Shown in pieces: positions 40,030 to 51,619 of a stretch of 64,000 bases of DNA. The notes under the pieces were generated by a model, which had not been told where the DNA came from, did no database searches, and was given only the letters and a program-made list of their open reading frames with translations. The stretch is from Octopus sinensis (lineage: Eukaryota): assembly GCF_006345805.1 (NCBI RefSeq), contig NC_043010.1, forward strand, positions 45,942,001-46,006,000, read 5' to 3'. The translations under genes were made by a program, and so were the position numbers. How positions within the stretch are numbered: the first letter of the stretch is position 1; every line of letters starts with the position of its first letter.

Positions 40030-40420
40030 ATGGCCCCCATGCCGGTGACACGTAAAAGCACCGTCCGTTCGTGGCCGGTTGCCAGCTCTGTCTGGCCCCG
40101 TGTTGGTGGCACGTAAAAGCACCATCCGTTCGTGTCCGTTGCCAGCATCGCCTGGCCCCGTGCCGGTGACACGTAAAAGCACCATCCGTTCGTGGCCGTT
40201 CGCCAGCTCTGTCTGGCACCTGTGCAGGTGGCACGTAAAACACACCCACTACACTCGCGGAGTGGTTGGCGTTAGGAAGGGCATCCAGCCGTAGAAACAC
40301 TGCCAGATCTGACTGGGCCTGACGAAGCCTTCCAGCTTCACAGACCCCAGTTGACCCGTCCAACCCATGCTAGCATGGAAAGCGGACGCTAAACGATGAT
40401 GATGATGATGATGATGATGA
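40030..40420 (+). mobile_element. Family D hairpin-array retroposon, CpG-intact copy in RDH intron 2
   Basis: Three about 60-bp modules, then GGTTGGCGTTAGGAAGGGCATCCAGCCG and a (GAT)n tail. Confidence 0.88.
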
Positions 40421-41274
40421 TATATATTAGCAACAGAGGAAATGTTAATACATTAATGACAGCGTTCAGAAAAATGGATGCAGAAAAAATTACTATTGCT
40501 TGTCAAGTAAACTACTTATTGAGCTTATTTTTGGTATAGTCTGCCACTAAACTAGTGCCCAATGAGTGAGCAAGCACTGTACACAAACAAACCAACTGTA
40601 CACATGTATGAAACAGGTAATAGTAATTTTTCCTGCAACCATTTTTCTGGATACTATGCATTAATGAGTTGATATTGAGAGCTGGCAGAATTTTGCATGC
40701 TGGGCAAAATGCTTAGTTGCATTTCTTCCTTCCTTACACAGCATTCAAATTCTGCCAAGGTCAGCTATACCTTTCATCCTTTTGGGGTTGATAAAATAAG
40801 TACCAGTTGAACACTGGGATTGATATAATTGACTTAACCCTCTCACAAAATTGCTGGCCTTGTGCCAAAATTTGAAACAATGTTTATCCCCACTTAAACA
40901 TAGATGCTCTTTTAGAACAAACTATACTGTAGTAGATATCATGAGAGAGACTCTCATATTTGCTTTTGGTGCAAAATGCATTCTTGTTTATACCACCAGC
41001 TGGGAGATAAATCCCCACAATAGTTTGCTCTAACAGGACATCCACATTTAAGTGGGGATAAATATTGATTTCAAATTTTAGCACAATGCCTGTAATTTTG
41101 GGGGAGGGCATAAGTTGATTACCTTTTCATGCACATGTTGCAGCTGTTGAGAGTATATGTTGGCTTTAGTGTTTGATTGCAGTTTAAAACTCAAAATGAA
41201 TAATACTGTGGTGATTCCACCATACACACAGACCCTCCTTCTATACAGCTCAGCCTTTGAGATAAGTTGTGGAG

Positions 41275-41976
41275 ATTCGTCCTTGTCAGTCCACTGCCTT
41301 TTGCATTGAACATTGTCATAAAAGACCCATTTTCCATCACCTATAATGATGTTATTGAGAAATGGGTCATTTTTCTACCTTGAAAGAAGACTTGTCCCTA
41401 TGGACATATGATCTTCCTTATTCTTCTCAATAAGAGTATGGGGAACCTGAACTCCAAGCTTGCTGACTTTTCCTATCTTTTAAAAGTGGTGGCAGATAGT
41501 GGATTGGGATGTGTTGAGGTCAACTGCTAATTCCCAAGTACTTTTACAAGGATTGAATTCCACTAATTCTCTTAAAGTATCATGATAAAGCCCAAAGAGC
41601 ATTCTGGTGCAAAATCATATTAGTGTCATTTCTCAATGACAAATCTCTAGAACAAAGCTTTAAAAACTAATTTCACACTTGCTGGACAGTAATGACATAA
41701 ACACTGCATATTTTCTTAGCTGTTTCTGTGACATTTTTTCCATTCTTAAACTCTCCCAACATCCTATGTTAAATATGCACTTTCAGTTCATCCATATTAG
41801 GGAAGTGAAATTTAATATTAAACTATGGTATGTACACTTTTGTGACTTAAATACAAACGACAGATGAGGTTCTTTTAAAAATGGTAATTTCTATTTCAAT
41901 TTTAAACGTTTGAAGTTCAAAATGTGTCATTACAATTTACTTCCAAAAGACAGAAATTACTTATGACTCATCCAAA
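41275..41976 (-). mobile_element. Mariner 5' half, degenerate
   Basis: Minus-strand reading KIGKVSKLGVQVPHTL...FLNNIIIGDGKWVFYDN; TIR-like TTTGGATGAGTCATAAGTAATT next to TA at 41977. Confidence 0.8.
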
Positions 41977-42104
41977 TACAATATTGTGAAAATATACTGA
42001 AATAAAATATGAAACCATAGCTTATCATACATAAAATACATTATAGGAGTACTGTTACTTAGCTTCATGTTATTTAACATTACTAGTGTAGTTGTTTATA
42101 TTTC

Positions 42105-43070
42105 TAGCATCCATGAGTGGGGAAAGAATCAAAGGCTTTCTTGTAGTTTAGCCACATTGAAACTAGGTTCCTCCTATGCTGTTGCATCTCTGACATCATA
42201 GTTTTGTTGATTAGCAATTACTTGGCACACCCCCAGACTTCCTTCTTCCTAGCTGCTTATTCTGCTGTGATGATGTTATTGGTTTCACAATAGTCCTGGA
42301 GGAAGAGGTTTAAGCATGCTGTATATATCTTATATATTAAGTTCAGGTATGCGATTGGCCAGTAGTTTTTTGCCATGTGGGTGGTTCTGTATTTGGGGAT
42401 CAATTTTGTTTCTGCCTGAGTTAACCAATGTGGTCTGCTACTATTCCCATTGAAAGCTTGCTGGTATAGATTGATAAGATATGGTCAGTTGAAGGTTAGC
42501 TTCTTGTACCAATGTCCAACAATCAAATCTCTTCCAGGTGCTTTTTCATCTTGGAGTTTCTGGATCACAGTTGCAAGAGTTTTACCATTAATGTTGTATG
42601 TCTTGGGTGTAACCTATCTATCTATCTATCCGCTCAGTCGAAGTCAACTCTCGGTTACTCGATGGATCAGTGTCCTCCAGTCTGTTCTATCCTGGGCCAC
42701 TTCTTTCAGATTGGCTATGTCCATTCTGGTATCACTCTTGATGGTGTCAAGCCAGCGGGTTCTTGGTCAGCCTCTTCCTCTCTTGCCACTGACCATTCCG
42801 AGCATGATGTCCTTTTCCAGGGATTTTCTCTGCATAATATGACCAAAATATGCCAATCTATGCTTGGTGATCCTAGCTTCTAGCCACATTTTCGGCCTGA
42901 TCTGCTTAAGAACTTCCCCATTGGTGAGTCTCACTGTCCATGGAAGAGCAATAACTTCTGATTTCTTCCAGCCACACAGCATCTAGGTTAAACTCCTTCT
43001 CTTCATCCAGATTTTCCTCCAGAAGGAGTCTGTATCTTCTCATGAAGGAGCATCTGTAATGTTCACTACT
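42105..43070 (-). mobile_element. R4/Dong RT fragment split by an RTE insertion
   Basis: FWRKIW...WLEEIRSYC | VTPKTY...KAPGRDLIVGHWYKKL...LIPK...NYWPIAYLN...WLNYKKAFDS. Confidence 0.85.
42614..42945 (-). mobile_element. RTE LINE 3' end with (ATAG)n tail
   Basis: PWTVRLTNGEVL...LAYFGHIMQR..SLEKDIMLG...GKRGRG.PRTRWLD...AQDR..WR...RVTESR. Confidence 0.9.
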
Positions 43071-43958
43071 CTTCCTCTGTATATGTGTGTGTGTGTGTGT
43101 GTGTTTATCCCCCATCACTGCTTGGCAACTGGTATCAATTTGTTTACATAGTGGTTCAGCAAAAGAGACCAATAGTGTAAGTTGTTGTTTGTTCCTTCTT
43201 GAGCCACGACTGGCTCATATGGACAGTTTCCTGGTTTCCTTGGTGTATAGGTTCCCCACCTGGACGGGATGCCAGTCCATTGCAGGTGAGCTGCAAGATG
43301 CAGGAGGAAAGGTGAGCTGCAAGATGCAGGAGGAAAGAGTGAGTGAAAGAGTCAGCATAAGTTCGCCATTACCTCTGCCGGATCCGCATGGAGCTTAGGT
43401 GTTTCACTCATAAACACACACATAGCCTGGTCTGAGATTTGAACCTGTGATCTCTTGACCATGAGTCTGCTGCCCTAACCACTAGGCCATGTGCCTTCAC
43501 AATAGTATAAGTACCAGGCTTAAAATATAAGTACTGGAGTCAGATCATTTAACTAAACTCCTCAAGGTGGTACCCCAGCACAGCCACAGTTCAAGTTAAA
43601 GATAAAAGATATTAAAATAACTAAAAATTATTAAAACTGTTGAGAAGACAAGTGAAATAACCGAAGCTTCATCCTTCTCTAGGAATGATTCTCAAAATGT
43701 TTCCATCTCTAAACTCTTTGTATTACACCTAAAACAAAGTTCCGAAAGAGCAGGCTAAGAGATTTTAAAAGGATAGCAATTAACCAAATCCCCTTAAGAA
43801 TACTATACTTCATAATAACTTTTAAGCAATCCTGATTCTCCAGAGTGATAACATCTACTTTAAGAAACAATAGACTATGTTAGAGACAACACCAAACTTC
43901 CCTTTGCCAACTCTTTGATAGACTGTTTTTAAAGTCCATGTCTTATTCTGTTCTATAG

Positions 43959-44048
43959 CAAATGATGCCAAGTTGACAGAAGACGGACTTCAAGTAACAT
44001 ATGCCACAAATCATTTTGGTCCATTCTTACTCACAAACCTTCTCCTAG
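43959..44048 (+). CDS. RDH-like SDR, coding exon 3
   Basis: Acceptor TTCTATAG, donor GTAAGT at 44049; TNDAKLTEDGLQVTYATNHFGPFLLTNLLL in frame with exon 2. Confidence 0.95.
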
Positions 44049-44497
44049 GTAAGTACATTTTTTTTTACATATTTCCTTACCTCTTAATTATTAATGTTTT
44101 CAGCTGGCAAAGATGTGTTAAATTAAATCAAGGGGAACAATGCCAGACAGAGGAACAGTACTACGAAATTTAAATACACTGGAACTACACTAATTCTGGT
44201 TCTCATGGCTAGTGAGAGTTGTACCATGTTTAATTTGTCCTTTTTCATATTCCACATCAATTTTCAATGTGTGTGTGTGTGTGTATGTGTGTGTGTGAGT
44301 GAGTGAGAAAGTGAGTGAGTGAGAGAGAGAGCGAGTGAATGAGTGAGAGAGTGAGTGAGTAAGAGAGAGAGAGAGAGAGATAGAGAGAGAGAGAGGTGGG
44401 TATGCTTCAGCTCTGTTTCTGTTGAAAAAATGTGAGACATGAAATTCCTCTCGTTAGATGTTGGTCGTAATTTTAATTTTTAAATTTTAAATTTCAG

Positions 44498-44683
44498 GAC
44501 GTTTAAAGGCTTCAGCTCCTTCTCGAGTGGTCACTCTTAGTTCTCTCGGTCATCATCTTGGAAAGATCCATTTTGAAAATTTCAAGAAACCTATGTTATT
44601 TGAAGGCTCACTGACTTATGCCTCAACAAAATTAGCTAGTATACTATTTACTTATGAATTAGCAAAAAGAGTGAAAGGAGAAG
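44498..44683 (+). CDS. RDH-like SDR, coding exon 4 (catalytic S and YxxxK)
   Basis: Acceptor TTTCAG, donor GTAAGT at 44684; RLKASAPSRVVTLSSLGH...YASTKLASILFTYELAKRVKGE. Confidence 0.95.
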
Positions 44684-44893
44684 GTAAGTACTTGAAGTTA
44701 ACTGGTTACTTTTATTGCTATTTTTTTCTTTTTACATTTCATTTAATTTCATTACATTTAAATTTTTCTGGAGAGAAAAGTACATGACTATAGGCTTTCT
44801 AATTCCTCTGGACTTGAAGATTAAATTTTTGGTGCAATTTTATATGATGCAAGTATTTTTAAGAAGAGCTTATGTATAAGAATTGCTACAATC

Positions 44894-45343
44894 TGTAGCG
44901 TGACTGATATCCTCACTGTTTGAGAGACATATTAGGAATGATCTCGTAGTTGATAACAACCATCTTTGGCTAGTTTGACCCTGTTGTGTCCACTGCTCTG
45001 ATTGGTTGGCATTTGGCGCAGTTTGTCTTTGGACTTATTTTGCGCCAGTGTGTAAGCCAACCAATCACAGCCTTTGGATAAGGTCTCGTGACACTGTTTT
45101 TCTGATGCCCTGTTTGAGCCGCCTTAACCCTATAAAAAGGCCAGCATTCACTATTCTGCGAAGCAGAGGCACGTCTGAGGAGTTCCCGCCTAACTCCCTA
45201 AAACGACGCAAGAACTGTGACGGAGTTCTGTCCCCATGCTGCACATCCGCCATCTGGGTCAAACTAGCCAAAGATGGTTGTTATCTACCACGAGATCATT
45301 CCTAATATGTCTCTCAAACAGTGAGGATATCAGTCATGCTACA
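44894..45343. mobile_element. 450-bp TGT...ACA element with 88-bp TIRs, 4-bp TSD and a Gypsy gag fragment
   Basis: TSD AATC (44890-44893 and 45344-45347); TIRs 44894-44981 and 45256-45343 differ at 3 of 88 positions; CCAAT at 45061, TATAAAA at 45131; minus-strand GDRTPSQFLRRFRELGG. Confidence 0.9.
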
Positions 45344-45736
45344 AATCTTATCTATTGTTGTATCAACTTTTTCCCTAAGTTCCCATGAAAGGCAAAAAAC
45401 TTCCTAACCATATCTATGAATATATAAAATAGTTACAGACTCCTCAAGGGGAATTCATCTGACAGTCAGAATTCCCATCTAAATTTCTGATATGCTTCCA
45501 GCAACAAGATCATGATCCTACACTTAAGACAATACTATCAGACAAGAGTGCTTTGAAAATTGTACATAATCCATAGTGCTAATATAGAATGCTAATTTGA
45601 ATATTCCATTAACTATACTGTCTATCTAGTAGAAGTCAGTTTGTATGTGACAACTCTGAAGACTAATAAACTACATTTGCCTTTGATTGACCAAAGATAG
45701 CAGTTCATTCAACTAAATTCCTTTCACCTTTTTCAG

Positions 45737-45843
45737 GGGTAACAGCATATTCTGTTCATCCAGGACTTTGCAGTTCAAATCTTTTTGATAGCTATCATCC
45801 AATTATACAATGGATCCTTTTGAATATAAATCCTTTCACAAAG
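45737..45843 (+). CDS. RDH-like SDR, coding exon 5
   Basis: Acceptor TTTTTCAG, donor GTTTGT at 45844 (phase 0); GVTAYSVHPGLCSSNLFDSYHPIIQWILLNINPFTK. Confidence 0.92.
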
Positions 45844-45919
45844 GTTTGTTGAATATACATTTCTAAATTCGATTTAATCCATTTTCAAAACATTCTTTTA
45901 CTCTTTTACTTGTTGTAGT

Positions 45920-46286
45920 GGAGGCGCAATGGCCCAGTGGTTAGGGCAGCGGACTCGCAGTCATAGGATCGCGGTTTCGATCCCCAGACTGGGCGTTGTG
46001 AGTGTTTATTGAGCGAAAACACCTAAAGCTCCACGAGGCTCCGGCAGGGGATGGTGGTGATCCCTGCTGTACTCTCTCACTCTTACTTCCTGTTTCTGTT
46101 GTACCTGTATTTCAAGGGGCCGGCCTTGTCACTCTCTGTGTCACGCTGAATATCCCCGAGAACTACGTTAAGGGTGCACGTGCCTGTGGAGTGTTCAGCC
46201 ACTTACACGTTAATTTCATGAGCAGGCTGTTCCGTTGATTCGGATCAACCGGAACCCTCATCGTCGTAACCGACGGAGTGCTTCCC
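45920..46286 (+). mobile_element. Full-length family C tRNA-derived SINE with 12-bp TSD
   Basis: ACTTGTTGTAGT flanks both ends (45908-45919 and 46287-46298); inserted in a family A SINE; related heads at 38150-38312 (-), 57090-57245 (-) and 62515-62700 (+). Confidence 0.92.
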
Positions 46287-46464
46287 ACTTGTTGTAGTCA
46301 TTTGACTGCAGCCATGCTAAAGTACTGCCTTAAAGGTTTTTAATCAAAGAAATCAAACCCAGAACATATTCTATCAACCTCTTTTGCCAAACTGCTAAGT
46401 TACAGGGACGTAAACACACCAACATTGTTTGTCAAGCGATGGTGAGGGGACAAACACATAAATA

Positions 46465-46514
<50 letters not shown>

Positions 46515-46712
46515 CACATAATTAAGGGATTAGTAAAAAGTTGCTTCACCACATACCAAAAATTTAGAAATAGCAGTCAACTACTAATTCTTTTACTACA
46601 GTAAAATAATTAGTAGTACCATGTAAATGGAATTGGTAGACAGAAACTGTACAGAAGCCCATAATGTATGTGTGTGTGTATATATATATATATACATACA
46701 TACATACATACA

Positions 46713-46740
<28 letters not shown>

Positions 46741-46746
<6 letters not shown>

Positions 46747-46960
46747 AAATACATTATAATATAAAATGATGTTACTGTCCATAGAAGCCACATGCTTTAA
46801 TGGGTCTCTAAAGTCAAACTACTTCAATAAGTATACATGCATGCTCTCGATTTCTGCGCGTGTGTAAGCTTATTGAAGTAGTTTGACTTTAGAGTCCCAT
46901 TAAAGTGTATGGCTTTTAAGGACAGTAACAGCCCTTGATATTATAATGTATTTTATATAT
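46741..46960. repeat. Fold-back MITE in RDH intron 5
   Basis: Arms 46741-46831 and 46869-46960 are reverse complements; the inner stem TCTAAAGTCAAACTACTTCAATAAG pairs perfectly. Confidence 0.92.
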
Positions 46961-47677
46961 AAAGGAAAAAAATTATATGCCTTGTATCAATTCTTTTCCT
47001 TAATTGATTTTACATGCAGGCTACTCGATAAAATCTTATTTAGTGCAGTTATCCCCCTTACATTTGCTCGAAAGAGAGCGAGCTGGTAGAATCATAAAGC
47101 ACGATGGATAAAATGTCTAACTGCATAAAGCAGTGAACCTACAGAATTGTTAGCTTTCCTGACAAAATGCCTAACTACTGAACAGTGATTTGGTGGGATC
47201 ATTAGTACCCTCGACAAAATGACTACATTTCTTGCACCTATATGTAATTTTATATATTCTTTTACTCTTTTATAATGTTACTTCTCTCAGTCATTTGACT
47301 GTGGCCATGCTGGAGCACTGCCTTTAGTCGAGCAAATCGATCCCAGGACTTATTCTTTGTAAGCCTAGTGCTAATTTCATCGTCCCTTTTGCCAAACCGC
47401 TAAGTTACGGGCACGTAAACACACCAGCATCAGTTGTCAAGCAATGTTGGGGGGACAAACACAGACACACAAACATACACAAACTCAGACACACAAATAC
47501 AATCATATATATATATATACACACACATATACGATGGGCTTCTTTCAGTTTCCATCTACCAAATCTGTTCACAAGGCTTTGCTCAGCCTGAGGCTATAGT
47601 AGAAGACACTTGCCCAAGGTTCTACGCAGCTGGACAGAACCCGGTAAGCAAGGTACTTACTATACAGCCACTCCTGC

Positions 47678-47739
<62 letters not shown>

Positions 47740-47740
47740 G

Positions 47741-47783
<43 letters not shown>

Positions 47784-48063
47784 AGAATTCACAAAAGAAC
47801 AAAAGATGAAGACAGGTGTGTATATATATTGTTGATATTATATAAACCAGGAAACCGATATGGTTAAGATGATATATTCAGAATTATCCAACTGAATATA
47901 TATCTAAATTCTTATCTTATAAGAATATTATTGGATTTATATATTAACTGTTGAATAAACAATTTTGAATGCCCAACTGAAAGGAAACCAGTAAATGTTT
48001 GGAGTAATCCCTTACTATTTTTTATCTAATGATGTCCCTTTTGCTGTTTCCTTTTCATTTCAG

Positions 48064-48240
48064 ACTATAGAAGAAGGTGCTCAAACTACTATTTATTGTG
48101 CTATTGAAAAAGGTATTGAGGAGCATAGTGGAAAATATTTCGATAACCTTCGACCAGGATGGGCCAATTCAAAAGGCTATGATGCAGGGGTTGCCAAAAA
48201 ACTATGGGAAGTCAGTGAAAATTTGACAAAGCTTGCATAA
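48064..48240 (+). CDS. RDH-like SDR, coding exon 6 (terminal)
   Basis: Acceptor TTTCAG; TIEEGAQTTIYCAIEKGIEEHSGKYFDN...AKKLWEVSENLTKLA-stop (TAA 48238-48240). The six exons sum to 957 nt with no frameshift. Confidence 0.95.
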   Translation, partial: TIEEGAQTTIYCAIEKGIEEHSGKYFDNLRPGWANSKGYDAGVAKKLWEVSENLTKLA

Positions 48241-48416
48241 ATCACAGAAATAATCACAGAAGTAAAATGTTTTCTGATGAATCTACAGCTACTGCTACTG
48301 CTAAATCACGCATTTATGAAGATCTGTCATTAACATATATTTCAGATTTTTGTATTTTTACTTTTGGAGATGAATTTTGTAAATTTACAATATGTATATA
48401 TATATATACATAATCA

Positions 48417-48469
48417 AATAAAATGAATTTAAAAAAAAAGAAAAAGTGGAAAACAAATAAACAAATAAA
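48417..48469 (+). terminator. Candidate polyadenylation signals of the RDH-like gene
   Basis: AATAAA at 48417, 48456 and 48464, followed by a T-rich tract; AT-rich context makes this weak. Confidence 0.35.
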
Positions 48470-49319
48470 AGCTTTTTTTTTTGTTGATGGCTTTATCAAC
48501 ATGAAGTACTTTTTTCCCATAAATTCTTTTATTCATGAACAAAACACTAACATGCACTCTCACATTTACACATTCATTCACTCATGCCCACTACCACACA
48601 CACACCACACACACACACACACACAGGGAGATATGCAGGAAATAGTTTTCCTCTCTATTATTTAGCTCAAGGGGAAGCTGTAGCCATGACCTCTACAGGC
48701 CATATCTGATGCATGTGATCAAGAACTGCCTATTAAATCCACTGCAATATTCTGCTTTATCATTCATGTTTTATCTTCAGGTGGTGTCCAAGATAAAGCA
48801 TCTGAAGTATGTGAGAGAGAATATTTTTCTTTCAAAATGTATGCTAATTTCACAACTGCCTGGGTCAATGAAATAAGTACCAGGTGTGTACAAGAGTGGA
48901 TTCAAATAATTATACCACCTGTTATAAGATGTGGCTTTGTGTCAATGGAAGAAATTATTATGATCATTATTGTTATTGATTATGTTGTTTGGTGGAATCA
49001 GTAGAGTGATGGATGAAATGCCTTTATGTATTGAGTTCAAATCCTACTGAGGTCAGTTTTGCTTTCCATCCCTCCAGAGTTAATAAAAGAATGAATCAGT
49101 CAATTACTGGGATTGATTTAATTGTCTGCCCCATCCCTAAATTTCAGGCTTTATATCTATAATAGAAACAATTATTATTATTATAGTTATTATTATTATT
49201 ATTATTAAGGTGGCAAGCTGGTAGAGTTGTTACCATGCCAGACTAAAATGTTTAACAACATTTTTCCTGTTTTATGTTCTGTGTTCAAATGCCACAGGGG
49301 TTGACTTTACTTGTCATCA

Positions 49320-50340
49320 TTTTGGTGTTGATAAAATAAGCACAGCGACCAATGTTCTTCTCAGTACTGGTGGTATACCAGCTAAGACAATCTTTTGCAC
49401 TTCCTGCATGGATGGTAAGCCAGAGATCATTCTTAAATAAATTTCAGTTCCTTTTTTGATCATTCCAAGTGCTCCTACAATCTCTGGTATTGTAACCATC
49501 TTGAGATGCCACATCTTTTTGATTAGCAAATCTCTATATTTTCTGAGCTTATCAAATTCTTTTGATGGGATATTATTGTCACAAGGTATGCTCATGTCAA
49601 TCAATAAACAGACTTTATTGTCTTGGTCTTTCACAAAAATATTTGGTTTATTAGCTTTGATGGTCCGGTCTGTACATACTGGGAAGTCCCAAAGAATCAT
49701 TATATTTTCTTCCTCAGTTACAACTTCTGGGTGGTGCTTGTACCATTTGTCAGCAGTTTTGATTTTATAATGCCGACACATTATCCAATGTAGATATTGG
49801 CCAACTCTGTCATGTTTTGATTTGTACTCTACAGGTGCTAAAACCTTACACTCAGAGATTAGGTGATCCACTGTTTCAATCCCATCATTGCAGTATTGGC
49901 ATTTTAAGTCTACACCATTTTTCATCACATTGGCTTCATAGTTCCAGGTCAATAAGCTCTGATCTTGAGCAACCAAGATAAAGCCTTCACTCTCTGCCTT
50001 TAGCCCTGGGCTCTGTATCCACTGATGGTTGTGCTTCTAGTCTCTGCCATTCAGAGGTTTTTGTTCCCACCTATCAGCCAATTGTTCAAATGCATTTTGC
50101 TTTGCCATTGATATCACTTTTTTGCAACTACGGTTGCCACACTTCCATCATGCTGTTCAACCTGGGTATTATGCATAAACCTACTTGAACATTTTTTGCT
50201 CTTCTTCATAACAGAATGAAATTTCTTATGTCTTTTGTGGTTTTCAACAAGCTTTAGCATCCAGTCATTAGATGCTTCAAGATATTTTGCCAGTTCAATT
50301 GTGGTGGTTTTGTAAGAGATTTCAAACTGGATCAATCTAA
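49320..50340 (-). mobile_element. R4/Dong-clade LINE C-terminus (CCHC finger plus restriction-like endonuclease)
   Basis: CQYC..GIETVDHLISEC, HDRVGQYLHW, ILWDFPV.TDRTIKANKPNI, LIDMSIP and KLRKYRDL; the catalytic PD motif reads PN. Confidence 0.92.
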
Positions 50341-50608
50341 TTTAAAGAGGTCAATTTAACATTAGTACATATAAGCCCTTATAAAAAGAAATTTAAATAC
50401 ATATCTTTTATATCAATTGTTTTAGCAAAAAACAACAAAAACTGTGATTATAACTGTAATGGCAAATCACAATGTTTTATTCTGATATATTTTATGGTTG
50501 AATTTTATTAAATAAATCACAGAAAAATTCTAAAAAAAATCTCTTTAACTTGTTTTAAAAATTTCTATGTATTTTGTTATACATGTATCTATATGTAGAC
50601 TAATGCTT

Positions 50609-50646
<38 letters not shown>

Positions 50647-50759
50647 TGTGTGTGTGTGTGTGTGTGTGAACAAAAGAGATTAATAGAATAAGTACTCCAT
50701 TGCAATCTAATCACCCTCTAACAGAAGCAAAAAGCTGTCAGTGAGAAATTCCGAGGTCA

Positions 50760-51158
50760 GAAGAAGAACAATAAACACAAAATTTAACCTCAGCCAAACA
50801 TCAGTGTACAAAGATATGACAGCAGCAATAAACATCACAGAAGCACCTTTACAAGAAAACACAAACATCTTCTGGAGAAAAATCTGGAGTGAAGAAGAGT
50901 TTAACTGAAATGCTCTGTGTCTGGAAGAAATTTGAAGTAATTATTGTCCCTGCATTATACTCAAAACATACAGTATTGATGATGATACCCCTGTGACTGC
51001 AATTCAAAAACTTTAGGATGGAAAAGAACTAGGAAGAGATTTTATTGTTGGACACTGGTACAAGAAGATTGAGTTTTATCAACTTGTACCAAGAAGCTCT
51101 CCTTGAGAATAGGAGCGTACCACACTGCCTAGCTCTAGCAGAGACAAAACTGATCCCC
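50760..51158 (+). mobile_element. R4/Dong pre-RT and RT-start fragment
   Basis: FWRKIWS...NYC...TYSID...GRDFIVGHWYKK...NLYQ...LAETKLIP, with stops. Confidence 0.75.
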
Positions 51159-51619
51159 AGGGCCGACCAAAGCCTTGTGACTGGATTTGGTAGACGGAAA
51201 CGGAAAGAAGCCCATCATATATATGTATATATATATATATATATGTGTGTGTGTTCGTGTGTCTGTGTTTGTCCTCTTCAACATCGCTTGACAACTGATG
51301 CTGGTGTTTTTATGTCCCCGTACCATAGCGGTTCGGCAAAAGAGACTGATAAAATAAGTACTAGGCTTACAAAGAATTTGCTCGACTAAAGGCGGTGCTC
51401 CAGTATGGCCACAGTCAACTGACTGAAACAAGTAAAAGAGTAATTCACTATGATTAGTTGGAAATTAGGACATTACAACACCAACGACAATACGAACGTA
51501 CAAAACCAAGAAAACCACAATACTTACAGCAGCAACAACAATAACAACAACAACAACGATGACAGCAATAACTACAATAACATCGTGCACCTGCAGTAAC
51601 AACAACGATCACAACTGTA

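Noticed and set aside
49320-51158. Twin-priming inversion of a single R4 element
   Set aside because: The orientations fit, but much of the RT is missing between the pieces, unrelated AT-rich and microsatellite DNA intervenes, and no TSD was found.
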